Assembly: GCA_009914755.4 (NCBI GenBank)
Contig: CP086569.2
Span: 20,992,001-21,056,000, forward strand
DNA: 64,000 nucleotides
Source: the human T2T-CHM13v2.0 reference genome, Homo sapiens
Direction: 5' to 3'
A program made the translations under genes and the position numbers. Under the pieces are notes generated by a model. That model saw only the letters and a program-made list of their open reading frames with translations, had not been told where the DNA came from and ran no database searches. Numbering within the stretch: the first letter of the stretch is position 1; every line of letters begins with the position of its first letter. This document shows positions 24,731-37,269 of the stretch, piece by piece.

Positions 24731-27700
24731 AAGAATGAAACTGCAGACCATTACTGTGAGTGTTACAGCACTTAAAGGTATTATGTCCACAGTTTATTCC
24801 TTCAGATGTGTCCAGAGTTTCTTCCTTCTGGGAGGTTCATGGTCTTGCTAGCTTCAAGAATGAAGCTGCAGACCTTTAAGCTGAGTGTTACAGCATTTAA
24901 AGGTGTTATGTCCAGAGTTTCTTCCTTCAGATGTGTCCAAAATTTCTACCTTCTGGCAGGTTCATGGTCTTGCTCACCTTAAGAATGATGCTGCAGACCT
25001 TAGTGGTGAGGGTTACAGCACTTAAAGATGTTATGTCCAGAGTTTTTTCCTTCAGATGTGTCCAGAGTTTCTTCCTTCTGGCAGGTTCATGGTCTTGCTC
25101 ACTTCAAGAATGAAGCTGCAGACCTTAGTGGTGAGTGTTACAGCACTTAAAGGTGTTATGTCCAGAGTTTGTTCCTTCAGATGTGTCCAGAGTTTCTTCC
25201 TTCTGGCAGGTTCATGGTCTTGCTCACTTCAAGAATGAAGCTGCAGAACTTAGTGGTGAGTGTTACAGCACTAAAGGTGTTGTGTCCAGAGTTTTTTCCT
25301 TCAGAAGTGTCCAGAGTTTCTTCCACCTGGCAGGTTCATGGTCTTGCTCACTTCAAGAGTGAGGCTGCAGAATTCAGTGGTGAGTGTTACGGCACTTAAA
25401 GGTGTTATGTCCAGAGATTGTTCCTTCAGATGTGTCCAGATATTCTTCCTTCTGGCAGGTTCATGGTGTAGCTCATTTCAAAAAAGAATTAAGTTGCAAA
25501 CCTTTACGGTGAGTGTTGCAGCATATAAAGGTGTTATATCCAGAGTTTGTTCCTTCAGATGTGTCCAGAATTTCTTCCCTCTGGCAGCTTCATGGTCTTG
25601 CTCACTTCACGAATGAAGCTGCAGACCTTTAGGGTTAGTGTTACAGCACTTAAAAATCTTATGTCCAGAGTTTCTTCCTTCAGATGTGGACAGAATTTTT
25701 TCCTTCTGGCAGGTTCATGGTCTTGCTCACTTCAAGAATGAAGCTGCAGACCTTTACGGTGAGTGCTACAGCATTTAAATGTGTTAAGTCCAGAGTTTAT
25801 TCCTTCAGATGTGTACAGAGTTTCTTCCTTCTGGCATGTTCATGGTCTTGCTCACTTCAAGAATGAAGCTGCAGACCTAGGTGGTGAGTGTTACAGCACT
25901 TATAGGTGTTATCTCCAGAGTTTCTTCGGTCAGATGTGTCTAGAGTTTCTTTCTTCTTGCAGGTTCATGGTCTTGCTCACTTCAATAATGAAGCTGCAGA
26001 CCTTAGTGGTGAGTGTTACAGCACTTAAGGTTGTTATGTCCAGAGTCTGTTCTTTCAGATGTGTCCAGAGTTTCTTCAATCTGGAAGGTTCACGGTCTTG
26101 CACACTTCAAGAATGATGCTGCAGACATCTATGGTGAGTGTTACAGCACTTAAAGGTGTTATATCCAGAGTTTGTTCGTTCAGATGTGTTCAGAGTTTCT
26201 TTCTTATGGCAGTTTCATGGTCTTGCTCACTTCAAGAATGAAGCTGCAGACCTTTACGGTTAGTTTTAAAGCATATAAAGGTGTTATGTCCAGAGTTTGG
26301 TCATTCAGATGTGTCCAGAGTTTCTTCCTTCGGGCAGGTTCATTGTCTTGCTCACTTCAAGAATGAAGCTGTAAACCTTGGTGGTGAGTGTTACAGCACT
26401 TAAAGGTGTTATGTCCAGAGTTTGTTTCATCAGATGTGTATAGAGTTTCTTCCTTCTGGCAGGTTCATGGTCTTGCTCACTTCAAGAATGAAGCTGCAGA
26501 CCTTTATGGTGAGTTTTACATCAGTTAAAGTTGTTATGTCCAGAATTTGTTCCTTCAGGTGTCCAGAGTTTCTTTCTTCTGGCAGGTTCATGGACTTGCT
26601 CACTTCAAGAATGAAGCTCCAGACGTTTATGGTGAGTTTTACATCACTTAAAGGTGTTATGTCCGGAGTTTGTTCCTTCAGTTGTGTCCAGAGTTTCTTC
26701 CTTCTGGCAGGTTCATGGTCTTGCTCACTTCAAGAATGAAACTGCAGACCTTTAAGGTTAGTGTTACAGCACTTAAAGGTATTATGTCCAGAGTTTGTTC
26801 CTTCAGATGTGTCCAGAGTTTCTTCCTTCTGGCAGGTTCATGGTCTTGCTAGCTTCAAGAATGAAGCTGCAGACATTTACGGTGAGTGTTACAGCACTTA
26901 ATGTTGTTATTTCGAGAGTTTGTTCCTTCAGATGTGTCCAGAATTTCTTTCTTCTGGTAGGTTCATGGACTAGCTCACTTCAAGAATGAAGCTCCAGAAG
27001 TTTACGGTGAGTTTTACGTCATTTAAAGGTGTTATGTCCAGAGTTTGTTCCTTCAGTTGTGTCCAGAGTTTCTTCCTTCTGGCAGGTTCATGGTCTTGCT
27101 CACTTCAAGAATGAAACTGCAGACCTTCACGCTGAGTGTTACAGCACTTAATGTTGTTATTTCGAGAGTTTTTTCCTTCAGATGTATCCAGAGTTTCTTC
27201 CTTCTGGCAGGTTCATGGTCTTGCACAGTTCAAGAATGAAGCTGCATACCTTAGTGGTGAGCGTTACAGCACTTACGTTTTTATGTCCAGAGTTTGTTCC
27301 TTCAGATGTGTCCAGACTTTCTTCCATCTGGCAGGTTCATGGTCTTGCTCACTTCAAGAGTGAAGCTGCAGAATTTAGTGGTGAGTGTTACAGCACTTAA
27401 AGGTGTTAGGTCCAGAGTTTGTTCCTTCAGATGTGTCCAGATATTCTTCCTTCTGGCATGTTCATGGTCTTGCTCAGTTCAAGAAAGAATGAAGCTGCAG
27501 ACATTTACGGTGAGTGTTACAGCACTTAAAGTTGTTATATCCAGAGTTTGTTCCTTCAGATGTGTCCACAGTTTTTTTCTTCTGGCAGTTTCATGGTCTA
27601 GCTCACTTCAAGAAAGAATGAAGCTGCAGACCTTTACGGTGAGTTTTACAGCATATAAAGGTGTTATGTCCAGAGTTTGGTCATTCAGATGTGTCCAGAG

Positions 27701-30700
27701 TTTCTTCCTTCGGGCAGGTTCATTGTCTTGCTCACTTCAAGAATGAAGCTGTAAACCTTGGTGGTGAGTGTTACAGCACATAAAGGTGGTATGTCCAGAG
27801 TTTATTCCATCAGATTTGCATAGTGTTTCTTGCTTATGGCAGGTTAATGGCCTTGCTCACTTCAAGAATGAAGCTGCAGACCATTACGGTGAGTGTTACA
27901 GCAGTTAAAGGTGTTATATCCAGAGTTTGTTCCTTCATATGTGTCCAGAGTTTCTTTCTTCTGGCAGGTTCATGGACTAGCTCACTTTAAGAAGGAAGCT
28001 CCAGACTTTTACGGTGATTTTTAAGTCACTTAAATGTGTTATGTCCAGAGTTTGTTCCTTCAGTTCTGTCCAGAGTTTCTTCCTTCTGGCAGGTTCATGG
28101 TCTTGCTCACTTCAAGAATGAAACTGCAGACCTTTACGGTGAGTGTTACAGCACTTAAAGGTATTATGTCCAGAGTTTGTTCCTTCAGATGTGTCCAGAG
28201 TTTCTTCCTTCTGGCAGATTCATGGTCCTGGTCACTTCAAGAATGAAACTGCAGACCATTACCGTGAGTGTTACAGCACTTAAAGGTGTTATGTGCAGAG
28301 TTTGCTCCTTCAGATGTGTCCAGTTTCTTCCTTCTAGCAGGTTCATGGTCTTGCTCACTTGAAGAATGAAACTGTAGACCTTTACGGTAAGTGTTACAGC
28401 ACTGAAAGATGTTATGTGCAGAGTTTGTTCCTTCAGATGTATCCAGAGTTTCCTCCTTCGGGCAGGATCAAGGTCTTGCTCAATTCAAGAATGAAGCTGC
28501 AGACCTTTACGGTGAGTGTTACAGCATTTAAAGGTGTTGTGTCCAGAGTTTGTTAATTCAGATTTCTCCTGACTTTCTTCCTTCTGGCAGGTTCATGGTC
28601 TTGCTCACTTCAAGAATGAAGCTGCAGACCTTAGCGGTGAGTGTTACACCACTTAAAGGTGTTATGTCCAGAGTTTGTTCCTTCAGATGTGTCCAGAGTT
28701 TCTTCCTTCTGGCAGGTTCATGGTCTTGCTCACTTCAAGAATGAAACTGCAGACCATTACGGTGAGTGTTACAGCACTTATAGGTGTTATGTCCAGAGTT
28801 TGTTCCTTCAGATGTGTCCAGTTTCTTCCTTCTGGCCTGTTCATGGTCTTGCTCACTTTAAGAAAGAATGAAGCTGCAGACCTTTACGGAGAGTGATACA
28901 GCACTTAAAGGTGTTATATCCAGTGATTGTTCCTTCAGATGTGTCCAGAGTTTCTTTCTTATGGCAGTTTCATGGTCTTGCTCACTTCAAGAAAGAATGA
29001 AGCTGCAGACCTTTACGGTGAGTTTTACAGCATATAAAGGTGTTATGTCCAGAGATTTTTCCTTCAGATGTGTCCAGAGTTTCTTCCTTCTGGCAGGTTC
29101 ATGGTCTTGCTCACTTCAAGAATGAAGCTGCAGACCTTAGTGGTGAGCGTTACAGCACTTACGTTTTTATGTCCAGAGTTTGTTCCTTCAGATGTGTCCA
29201 GAGTTTCTTCCTTCTGGCAGGTTCATGGTCTTGCTGACCACAAGAATGAATCTGCAGACCTTTACGGTGAGTGTTACAGGATTTAAAGGTGTTATGTCCA
29301 GAGTTTGCTCCTTCAGGTGTGTCCAGAATTTCTACCTTCTGGCAGGTTTATGGTCTTGCTCACTTCAAGAATGAAGCTGCAGACCATCACGGTGAGTGTT
29401 ACAGCACTTAAAGGTGTTATATCCAGAGTTTGTTCCTTCAGATGTATCCAGAGTTTCTTTCTTCTGGCAGGTTCATGGACTAGCTCACTTCAAGAATGAA
29501 GCTCCAGACCTTTACGGTGAGTTTTACGTCACTTAAAGGTGTTATGTCCAGAGATTGTTCCTTCAGTTGTGTCCAGAGTTACTTCCTTCTAGCAGGTTCA
29601 TGGTCTTGCTCACTTCAAGAATGAAACTGCAGACCTTTACGGTGAGTGTTACAGCAGTTAAAGGTATTGTGTCCAGAGTTTGTTTCTTCAGATGTGTCCA
29701 GAGTTTCTTCCTTCTGGCAGGTTCATGGTCTTGCTACCTTCCAGAATGAAGCTGCAGACATTTAAGGTAAGTGTTACAGCACTTAAAGGTGTTATGTCCA
29801 GAGTTTGTTCCTTCAGATGTGTCCAGAGTTTCTTCCTTCTGGCAGGTTCATGGTCTTGCTCACTTCAAGAACGAAACTGCAGACCATTACGGTGAGTGTT
29901 ACAGCACTTAAAGGTGTTATGTCCAGAGTTTGTTCCTTCAGATGTGTCCAGTTTGTTCCTTCTGGCAGGTTCATGGTCTTGCTCACTTCAAGAATGAAAC
30001 TGTACACCTTTACAGTGAGTGTTACAGCACTGAAAGATGTTATGTCCAGAGTTTGTTCCTTCAGATGTGTCCAGAGTTTCTTCCATCTGGCAGGTTCATG
30101 GTCTTGCTCGCTTCAAGAATGAAGCTGCAGACCTTAGTGGTGAGTGTTACAGCACTTAAAGGTGTTGTGTCCAGATTTTTTTCCTTCAGATGTGTCCAGA
30201 GTTTCTTCCATCTGGCAGGTTCATGGTCTTGCTCACTTCAAGAGTGAAGCTGCAGAATTCCGTGGTGACTGTTACAGCACTTAAAGGTGTTATGTCCAGA
30301 GTTTGTTCCTTCAGATGTGTCCAGATATTCTTCCTTCTGGCAGGTTCATGGTGTTCCTCACTTCAACAAGGAATGAAACTGCAGACCTTTACGGTGAGTG
30401 TTACAGCATATAAAGATGTTATGTCTAGAGTTTCGTCCTTCAGACGTGTCCAGAGTTTCTTCCTTCGGGCAGGTTCATGGTCTTGCTCACTTCAAGAATG
30501 AAGCTGCAGAACTTTACGGTGAGTGTTACAGCATTTAAAGGTGTTATGTCGTGTTTGTTCCTTCAGATGTGTCCAGAGTTTCTTGCTTCTGGCAGGTTCA
30601 TGGTCTTGCTCACTTCAAGAATGAAGCTGCAGACCTAGGTGTCAGTGTTACAGCACTTAAAGGTGTTTTGTCCAGAGTTTTTTCCGTCAGATATGTCTAG

Positions 30701-32311
30701 TGTTTCTTTCTTCTGGCAGGTTCATGGTCTTGCTCACTTCAAGAATGAAGCTGCAGACCTTAGTTCTGAGTGTTACAGCACTTAAAGTTGTTATGTCCAG
30801 AGTTTGTTCGTTCAGATGTGTCCAGAGTTAATTCAATCTGGCAGGTTCATGGTCTTGCTCACTTCAAGAATGATGCTGCAGACCTTTACGTTGAGTGTTA
30901 CAACACTTAAAGGTGTTATATCCAGAGTTTGTTCCTTCAGATGTGTCCAGAGTTTCTTTCTTCTGACAGGTTCATGGTCTTGCTCACTTCAAGAAAGAAT
31001 GAAGCTGCACACCTTTACTGTGAGTGTTACAGCATAGAAAGGTGTTATATCGAGAGTTTGGTCCTTCAGATGTGTCCAGAGTTTCTTCCTTCGGGCAGGT
31101 TCATGGTCTTGCTCAATACAAGAATGAAGCTGCAGACCTTGGTGTTGAGTGTTACAACACTTAAAGGTGTTATGTCCAGAGTTTGTTCCATCAGATTTGC
31201 ATAGAGTTTCTTCCTTATGGCAGGTTCATGGTCTTGCTCACTTCAAGAATGAAGCTGCAGATCATTACGGTGAGTGTTACAGCACTTAAAGGTGTTATAT
31301 CCAGAGTTTGTTCCTTCAGATGTGTCCAGAGTTTCTTTCTTCTGGCAGGTTCATGGACTAGCTCACTTCAAGAATGAAGCTCCAGACTTTTACGGTGAGT
31401 TTTAAGTCACTTAAAGGTGTTATGTCCAGAGTTTGTTCCTTCAGTTCTGTCCAGAGTTTCTTCCTTCTGGCAGGTTCATGGTCTTGCTCACTTCAAGAAT
31501 GACACTGCAGACCTTTACGGTGAGTGTTACAGCACTTAAAGGTATTATGTCCAGAGTTTGTTCCTTCAGATGTGTCCAGAGTTTCTTTCTTCTGGCAGGT
31601 TCATGGTTTTGCTCACTTCAATAATGAATCTCCAGTCCTTTACGGTGAGTGTTACAGCACTTAATGGTGTTATGTCCAGAGTTTATTCCTTCAGATGTGT
31701 CCAGAGTTTCTTCCTTCTGGCAGGTTCATGGTCTTGCTCACTTCAAGAATGAAGCTGCAGACCTTAGTGGAGAGTGTTACAGCACTTAAAGGTGTTATGT
31801 AAAGAGTTTGTTCCTTCAGATGTGTCCAAAGTTTCTTCAATCTGGCAGGTTCATGGTCTTTCTCACTTCAAGAGTGAAGCTGCAGAATTTAGTGGTGAGT
31901 GTTACAGCACTTAAAGGTGTTATGTCCAGAGTTTGTTACTTCAGATTTGTCCAGATATTCTTCCTTCTGGCAGGTTCATGGTCTTGCTCACTTCAAGAAA
32001 GAATGAAGCTGCAGACCTTTACGGTGAGTGTTACAGCATATAAAGGCGTTATGTCCAGAGTTTGGTCCTTCAGATTTGTCCAGAATTTCTTCCTTCGGGC
32101 AGGTTCATGGTCTTGCTCACTTCAAGAATGAAGCTGCAGACCTTGGTGGTGAGTGTTACAGCACTTAAATATGTTATGTCCAGATTTTGATCCATGTGAT
32201 GTGCATAGAGTTTCTTCCTTCTGGCAGGTTCATGGTCTTGCTCACTTGAAGAATGAAGCTGCAGACCTTAGTGGTGAGTGTTACAGCACTTAAAGGTGTT
32301 ATGTCCAGAGT

Positions 32312-32750
32312 TTGTTCCGTGTGATGTGTGCAGAGTTTCTTCCTTCTGGCAGGTTCATGGTCTTGCTCACTTCAAGAATGATGCTGCAGACCTTTACGGT
32401 GAGTGTTACAGCACTTAAAGGTGTTATATCCAGAGTTTGTTCCTTGATATGTGTCCAGAGTTTCCTTCTTTTGGCAGTTTCATGGTCTTGCTCACTTCAA
32501 GAATGAAGCTCCAGACCTTTACGGTGAGTTTTACAGCACTTAAAGGTGTTATGTCCAGAGATTGTTCCTTCAGTTGTGTCCAGAGTTTCTTTCTTCTGGC
32601 AGTATCATGGTCTTGCTCACTTCAAGAATGAAACTGCAGACCTTTACGGTGAGTGTTACAACACTTAAAGGAATTATGTCCAGAGTTTTTTCCGTCAGAT
32701 GTGTACAGAGTTTCTTCCTTCTGGCACGTTCATGGTCTTGCTAGCTTCAA
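32312..32750. repeat. Marker block (tgtgatgtgtgcagag monomer plus three followers), tandemly re-duplicated 998 bp downstream
   Basis: ORFs at 32312, 32437 and 32562 match 33310, 33435 and 33560 at offset 998 with about 5-8% divergence. The same block recurs at 35692, 38949, 41706, 48978, 51982 and about 58770. Confidence 0.75.
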
Positions 32751-33899
32751 GAATGAACCTCCAGTCTTTACGGTGAGTGTTACAGCACTTAAAGGTGTTA
32801 TGTCCAGAGTTTGTTCCTTCAGATGTGTCCAGAGTTTCTTCCTTCTGGCAGGTTCATGATTTGCTCAATTCAAGAATGAAACTGCAGACCCTTACGGTGA
32901 GTGTTACACCACTTAAAGGTGTTATGTCCAGAGTTTGTTCTTACAGATGTATCCACAGTTTCTTCCTTCTGGCAGGTTCATGGTCTTGCTCACTTCAAGT
33001 AAGAAGCTGCAGACCTTAGTGGTGAGTGTTACAACACTTAAAGGTGTTATGTCCAGAGTTTGTTCCTTGTGATGTGTGCAGAGTTTCTTCCTTCTGGCAA
33101 GTTCATTGTCTTGCTCACTTCAAGAATGAAGCTGTAGACCTTGGTGGTGAGTGTTACAGCACTTACAGGTGTTATGTCCCGAGTTTGTTCCATCAGATGT
33201 GTCCAGAGTTTCTTCCTTTTGGCAGGTTCATGGTCTTGCTCACTTCAAGAATGAAGCTGCAGACCTTAGTGGTGAGTGTTACAGCACTTAAAGGTGTTAT
33301 GTAGAGAGTTTGTTCCTCGTGATGTGTGGAGAGTTTCTTCCTTCTGGCAGGTTCATGGTCTTGCTCACATCAAGAATGATGCTGCAGACCTTTACGGTGA
33401 AAGTTACAGTACTTAAAGGTGTTATATCCACAGTTTGTTCCTTCAGATGTGTCCAGAGTTTCTTTCTTCTGGCAGTTTCATGGTCTTGCTCACTTCAAGA
33501 ATGAAGCTCCAGACCTTTACGGTGAGTTTTACAGCACTTAAAGGTGTTATGTCCAGAGTTTGTTCCTTCAGTTGTGTCCAGAGTTTCTTCCTTCTGGCAG
33601 GTTCATTGTCTTGCTCAGTTCAAGAATGAAACTGCAGACCTTTACGGTGAGTGTTACAGCACTTAAAGGCATTATGTCCAGAGTTTTTTCCTTCAGATGT
33701 GTACAGAGTTTCTTCCTTCTGGCAGGTTCATGGTCTTGCTCACTTGAAGAATGAAACTGCAGACCCTTACGGTGAGTGTTACATCACTTAAAGTTGTTAT
33801 GTCCAGAGTTTGTTCTTTCAGATGTGTCCACAGTTTATTCCTTCTGGCAGGTTCATGGTCTTGCTCACTTCAAGAATGAAACTGCAGACCTTTACGGTG

Positions 33900-34640
33900 A
33901 GTGTTACAGCACTAAAAGGTATTATGTCCAGAGATTTTTCCTTCAGATGTGTACAGAGTTTCTTCCTTCTGGCAGGTTCATGGTCTTGCTAGCTTCAAGA
34001 ATGAACCTCCAGTCCTTTATGGTGAGTGTTACATCACTTAAAGGTGTTATGTCCAGAGTTTGTTCTTTCAGAAGTGTCCACAGTTTCTTCCTTCTGGCAG
34101 ATTCATGGTCTTTCTCACTTCAAGTATGAAGCTGCAGACCTTTGTGGTGAGTGTTACAGCACTTACAGGTGTTATGTCCCGAGGTTGTTCCATCAGATGT
34201 GTCCAGAGTTTATTCCTTTTGGCAGGTTCATGGTCTTGCTCTCTTCAAGGATGAATCTGCAGACCTTAGTGGTGAGAGTTACAGCAATTAAAGGTGTTAT
34301 GTCCAGAGTATGTTCCTTCAGATGTGTCCAAAGTTTCTTCAATCTGGCAGGTTCATGGTCTTGCTCACTTCAAGAGTGAAGCTGCAGAATTTAGTGGTGA
34401 GTGTTACAGCACTAAAAGGTGTTATGTCCAGAGTTTGTTACATCAGATGTGTCCAGATATTCTTCCTTCTGTCATGTTCATGGTCTTGCTCACTTCAAGA
34501 AAGAATGAAGCTGCAGACATTTACAGTGAGTGTTACAGCATATAAAGGTGTTATGTCCAGAGTTTGGTCACTCAGATGTGTCCAGAATTTTTTCCTTCGG
34601 GCTGGTTCATGGTCTTGCTCACTTCAAGAATGAAGCTGCA
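33900..34640. repeat. Segment of an HOR of about 6.9 kb; the second copy lies at 40792-41532 (offset 6892)
   Basis: ORF 34026 matches 40918, ORF 34060 matches 40952, ORF 34294 matches 41186 and ORF 34310 matches 41202, all at offset 6892 with a few substitutions. Confidence 0.8.
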
Positions 34641-34649
34641 GACCTTGGT

Positions 34650-35690
34650 GGTGAGTGTTACAGCACTTAAATTTGTTATGTCCAGAGTTTGTTCCATCTG
34701 ATGTGTATAGTGTTACTTCCTTCTGGCAGGTTCATGGTCTTGCTCACTTCAAGAATGAAGCTGCAGGCCTTAGTGGTGAGTGTTACAGCACTTAAAGGTG
34801 TTATGTCCAGAGTTTGTTCCTTGTGATGTGTCCAGAGTTTCTTCCTTCTGGCAGGTTCATGGTCTTGTTCTCTTCAGGAATGAAGCTGCAGACCTTAGCG
34901 GTGAGCGTTACAGCACTTAAAGGTTTTATGTCCAGAGTTGTTCCATCAGATGTGTCTAGAGTTTCTTCCTTCTGGCAGGTTCATGGTCTTGCTCTCTTCA
35001 AGGATGAAGCTGCAGACTTCAGTGGTGAGTGTTACAGCTCTTAAAGGTGTTATGTAAAGAGTTTGTTACTTCAGATGTGTCCAAAGTTTCTTCAATCTGG
35101 CAGGTTCATGGTCTTGCTCACTTCAAGAGTGAAGCTGCAGAATTTAGTGGTGAGTGTTACAGCACTTAAAGTTGTTATGTCTAGAGTTTGTTACTTCAGA
35201 TGTGTCCAGATATTCTTCCTTCTAGCAAGTTCATGGTCTTGCTCAGTTCAAGAAAGAATGAAGCTGCAGACCTTAGTGGTGAGTGTTACAGCACTTAAAG
35301 GTCTTATGTCCAGAGTTTGTTCCTTGTGATGTGTCCAGAGTTTCTTCCTTCTGGCAGGTTCATGGTCTTGCTCACTTCAAGAATGAAGCTGCAGACCTTT
35401 ACGGTGAGTGTTACAGCACTTAATGTTGTCATGTCCAGAGTTTGTTCCTTCAGATGTGTCCAGAGTTTCTTCATTCTAGCACGTTCATTGTCTTGTTCTC
35501 TTTAAGAATGAAGCTGCAGACCTTAGCGGTGAGCGTTACAGCACTTAAAGGTTTTATATCCAGAGTTTGTTCCATCAGATGTGTCTAGAGTTTCTTCCTT
35601 CTGGCAGGTTCATGGTCTTGCTCACTTCAAGGATGCTGCTGCAGACCTTAGTGGTGAGTGTTACAGCACTTAAAGGTGTTATGTCCAGAG
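34650..35690. repeat. About 7 monomers present in the first 6.9 kb HOR copy but absent from the second
   Basis: Flanking matches are at offset 6892 (34310 to 41202) before this region and 6014 (35692 to 41706) after it. The 878 bp difference equals about seven monomers. Confidence 0.7.
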
Positions 35691-35691
35691 T

Positions 35692-36124
35692 TTGTTCCTT
35701 GTGAAGTGTGCAGAGTTTCTTCCATCTGGCAGGTTCATGGTCTTGCTCACTTCAAGAATGATGCTGCAGAAATTTACGGTGAATGTTACAGTACTTAAAG
35801 GTGTTATATCCAGAGTTTGTTCCTTCAGATGTGTCCAGATTTTCTTTCTTCTTGCAGGTTCATGGTCTTGCTCACTTCAAGAATGAAGCTCCAGACCTTT
35901 ACGGTGAGTTTTACAGCACTTAAAGGTGTTATGTCCAGAGTTTGTTCCTTCAGTTGTGTCCAGAGTTTCTTCCTTCTGGCAGGTTCATGGTCTTGCTCAC
36001 TTCAAGAATGAAACTGCAGACCTTTACGGTGAGGGTTACAGCACTTAAAGGTATTATGTCCAGAGTTTTTTCCTTCAGATGTGTACAGAGTTTCTTCCTT
36101 CTGGCAGGTTCATGGTCTTGCTAG
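35692..36124. repeat. Marker block copy, paired with 41706-42138 at offset 6014
   Basis: ORFs at 35692, 35817 and 35942 match 41706, 41831 and 41956 with 1-3 amino-acid differences each. Confidence 0.8.
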
Positions 36125-36945
36125 CTTCAAGAATGAACCTCCAGTCCTTTACGGTGAGTGTTACAGCACTTAAAGGTGTTATGTCCAGAGTTTTTTCCTT
36201 CAGATGTGTCCAGAGTTTCTTCCTTCTGGCCGGTTCATGGTCTTGCTCACTTCCAGAATGAAACTGCAGACCCTTACGGTGAGTGTTACAGGACCTAAAG
36301 GTGTTATGTCCATAGTTTGTTCTTTCAGATGTGTCCACAGTTTCTTCCTTCTGGCAGGTTCATGGTCTTGCTCACTTCAAGAATGAAGCTGCAGACCTTG
36401 GTGATGAGTGTTACAGCACTTTCAAGTGTTATGTCCCGAGTTTGTTCCATCAGATGTGTCCAGAGTTTCTTCCTTTTGGCAGGTTCATGGTCTTGCTCAC
36501 TTCAAGAATGAAGCTGCAGACCTCAGTGGTGAGTGTTACAGCACTTAAAGGTGTTATGTAAAGAGTTTGTTCCTTCAGATGTGTCCAAAATTTCTTCAAT
36601 CTGGCGGGTTCATGGTCTTGCTCACTTCAAGAGTGAAGCTGCAGAATTTACTGGTGAGTGTTACAGCACTAAAAGGTGTCATGTCCAGAGTTTTTTACTT
36701 CAGTTGTGTCCAGATATTCTTCCTTCTGGCAGGTTCATGGTCTTGCTCACTTCAAGAAAGAATGAAGCTGCAGACCTTTACGGTGAGTGTTACAGCACTT
36801 AAAGGTGTTATGTAAAGAGTTTGTTCCTTCAGATGTGTCCAAAGTTTCTTCAATCTGGCAGGTTCATGGTCTTGCTCACTTCAAGAATGAAGCTGCAGAC
36901 CTCAGTGGTGAGAGTTACAGCACTTAAAGGTGTTATGTAAAGAGT

Positions 36946-37269
36946 TTGTTCCTTCAGATGTGTCCAAATTTTCTTCAATCTGGCAGGTTCATGGTCTTGC
37001 TCACTTCAAGAGTGAAGCTGCAGAATTTAGTGGTGAGTGTTACAGCACTTAAAGTTGTTATGTCTAGAGTTTGTTACTTCAGATGTGTCCAGATAGTCTT
37101 CCTTCTGGCAGGTTCATGGTCTTGCTCACTTCAAGAAAGAATGAAGCTGCAGACCTTTACGGTGAGTGTCACAGCATATAAAGGTGTTATGTCCAGAGTT
37201 TGGTCCTTCAGATGTGTCCAGAATTTTTTCCTTCGTACTGGTTCATGGTCTTGCTCACTTCAAGAATGA
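36946..37269. repeat. AAGAGTGAAGCTGCAGAATTTAGTGG / AAGAAAGAATGAAG dimer block, recurring at 39824, 34310, 41202, 43222, 45594 and 54243
   Basis: The 107-aa ORF at 36946 is near-identical to the ORFs at 39824 (offset 2878), 34310 and 41202. Confidence 0.75.
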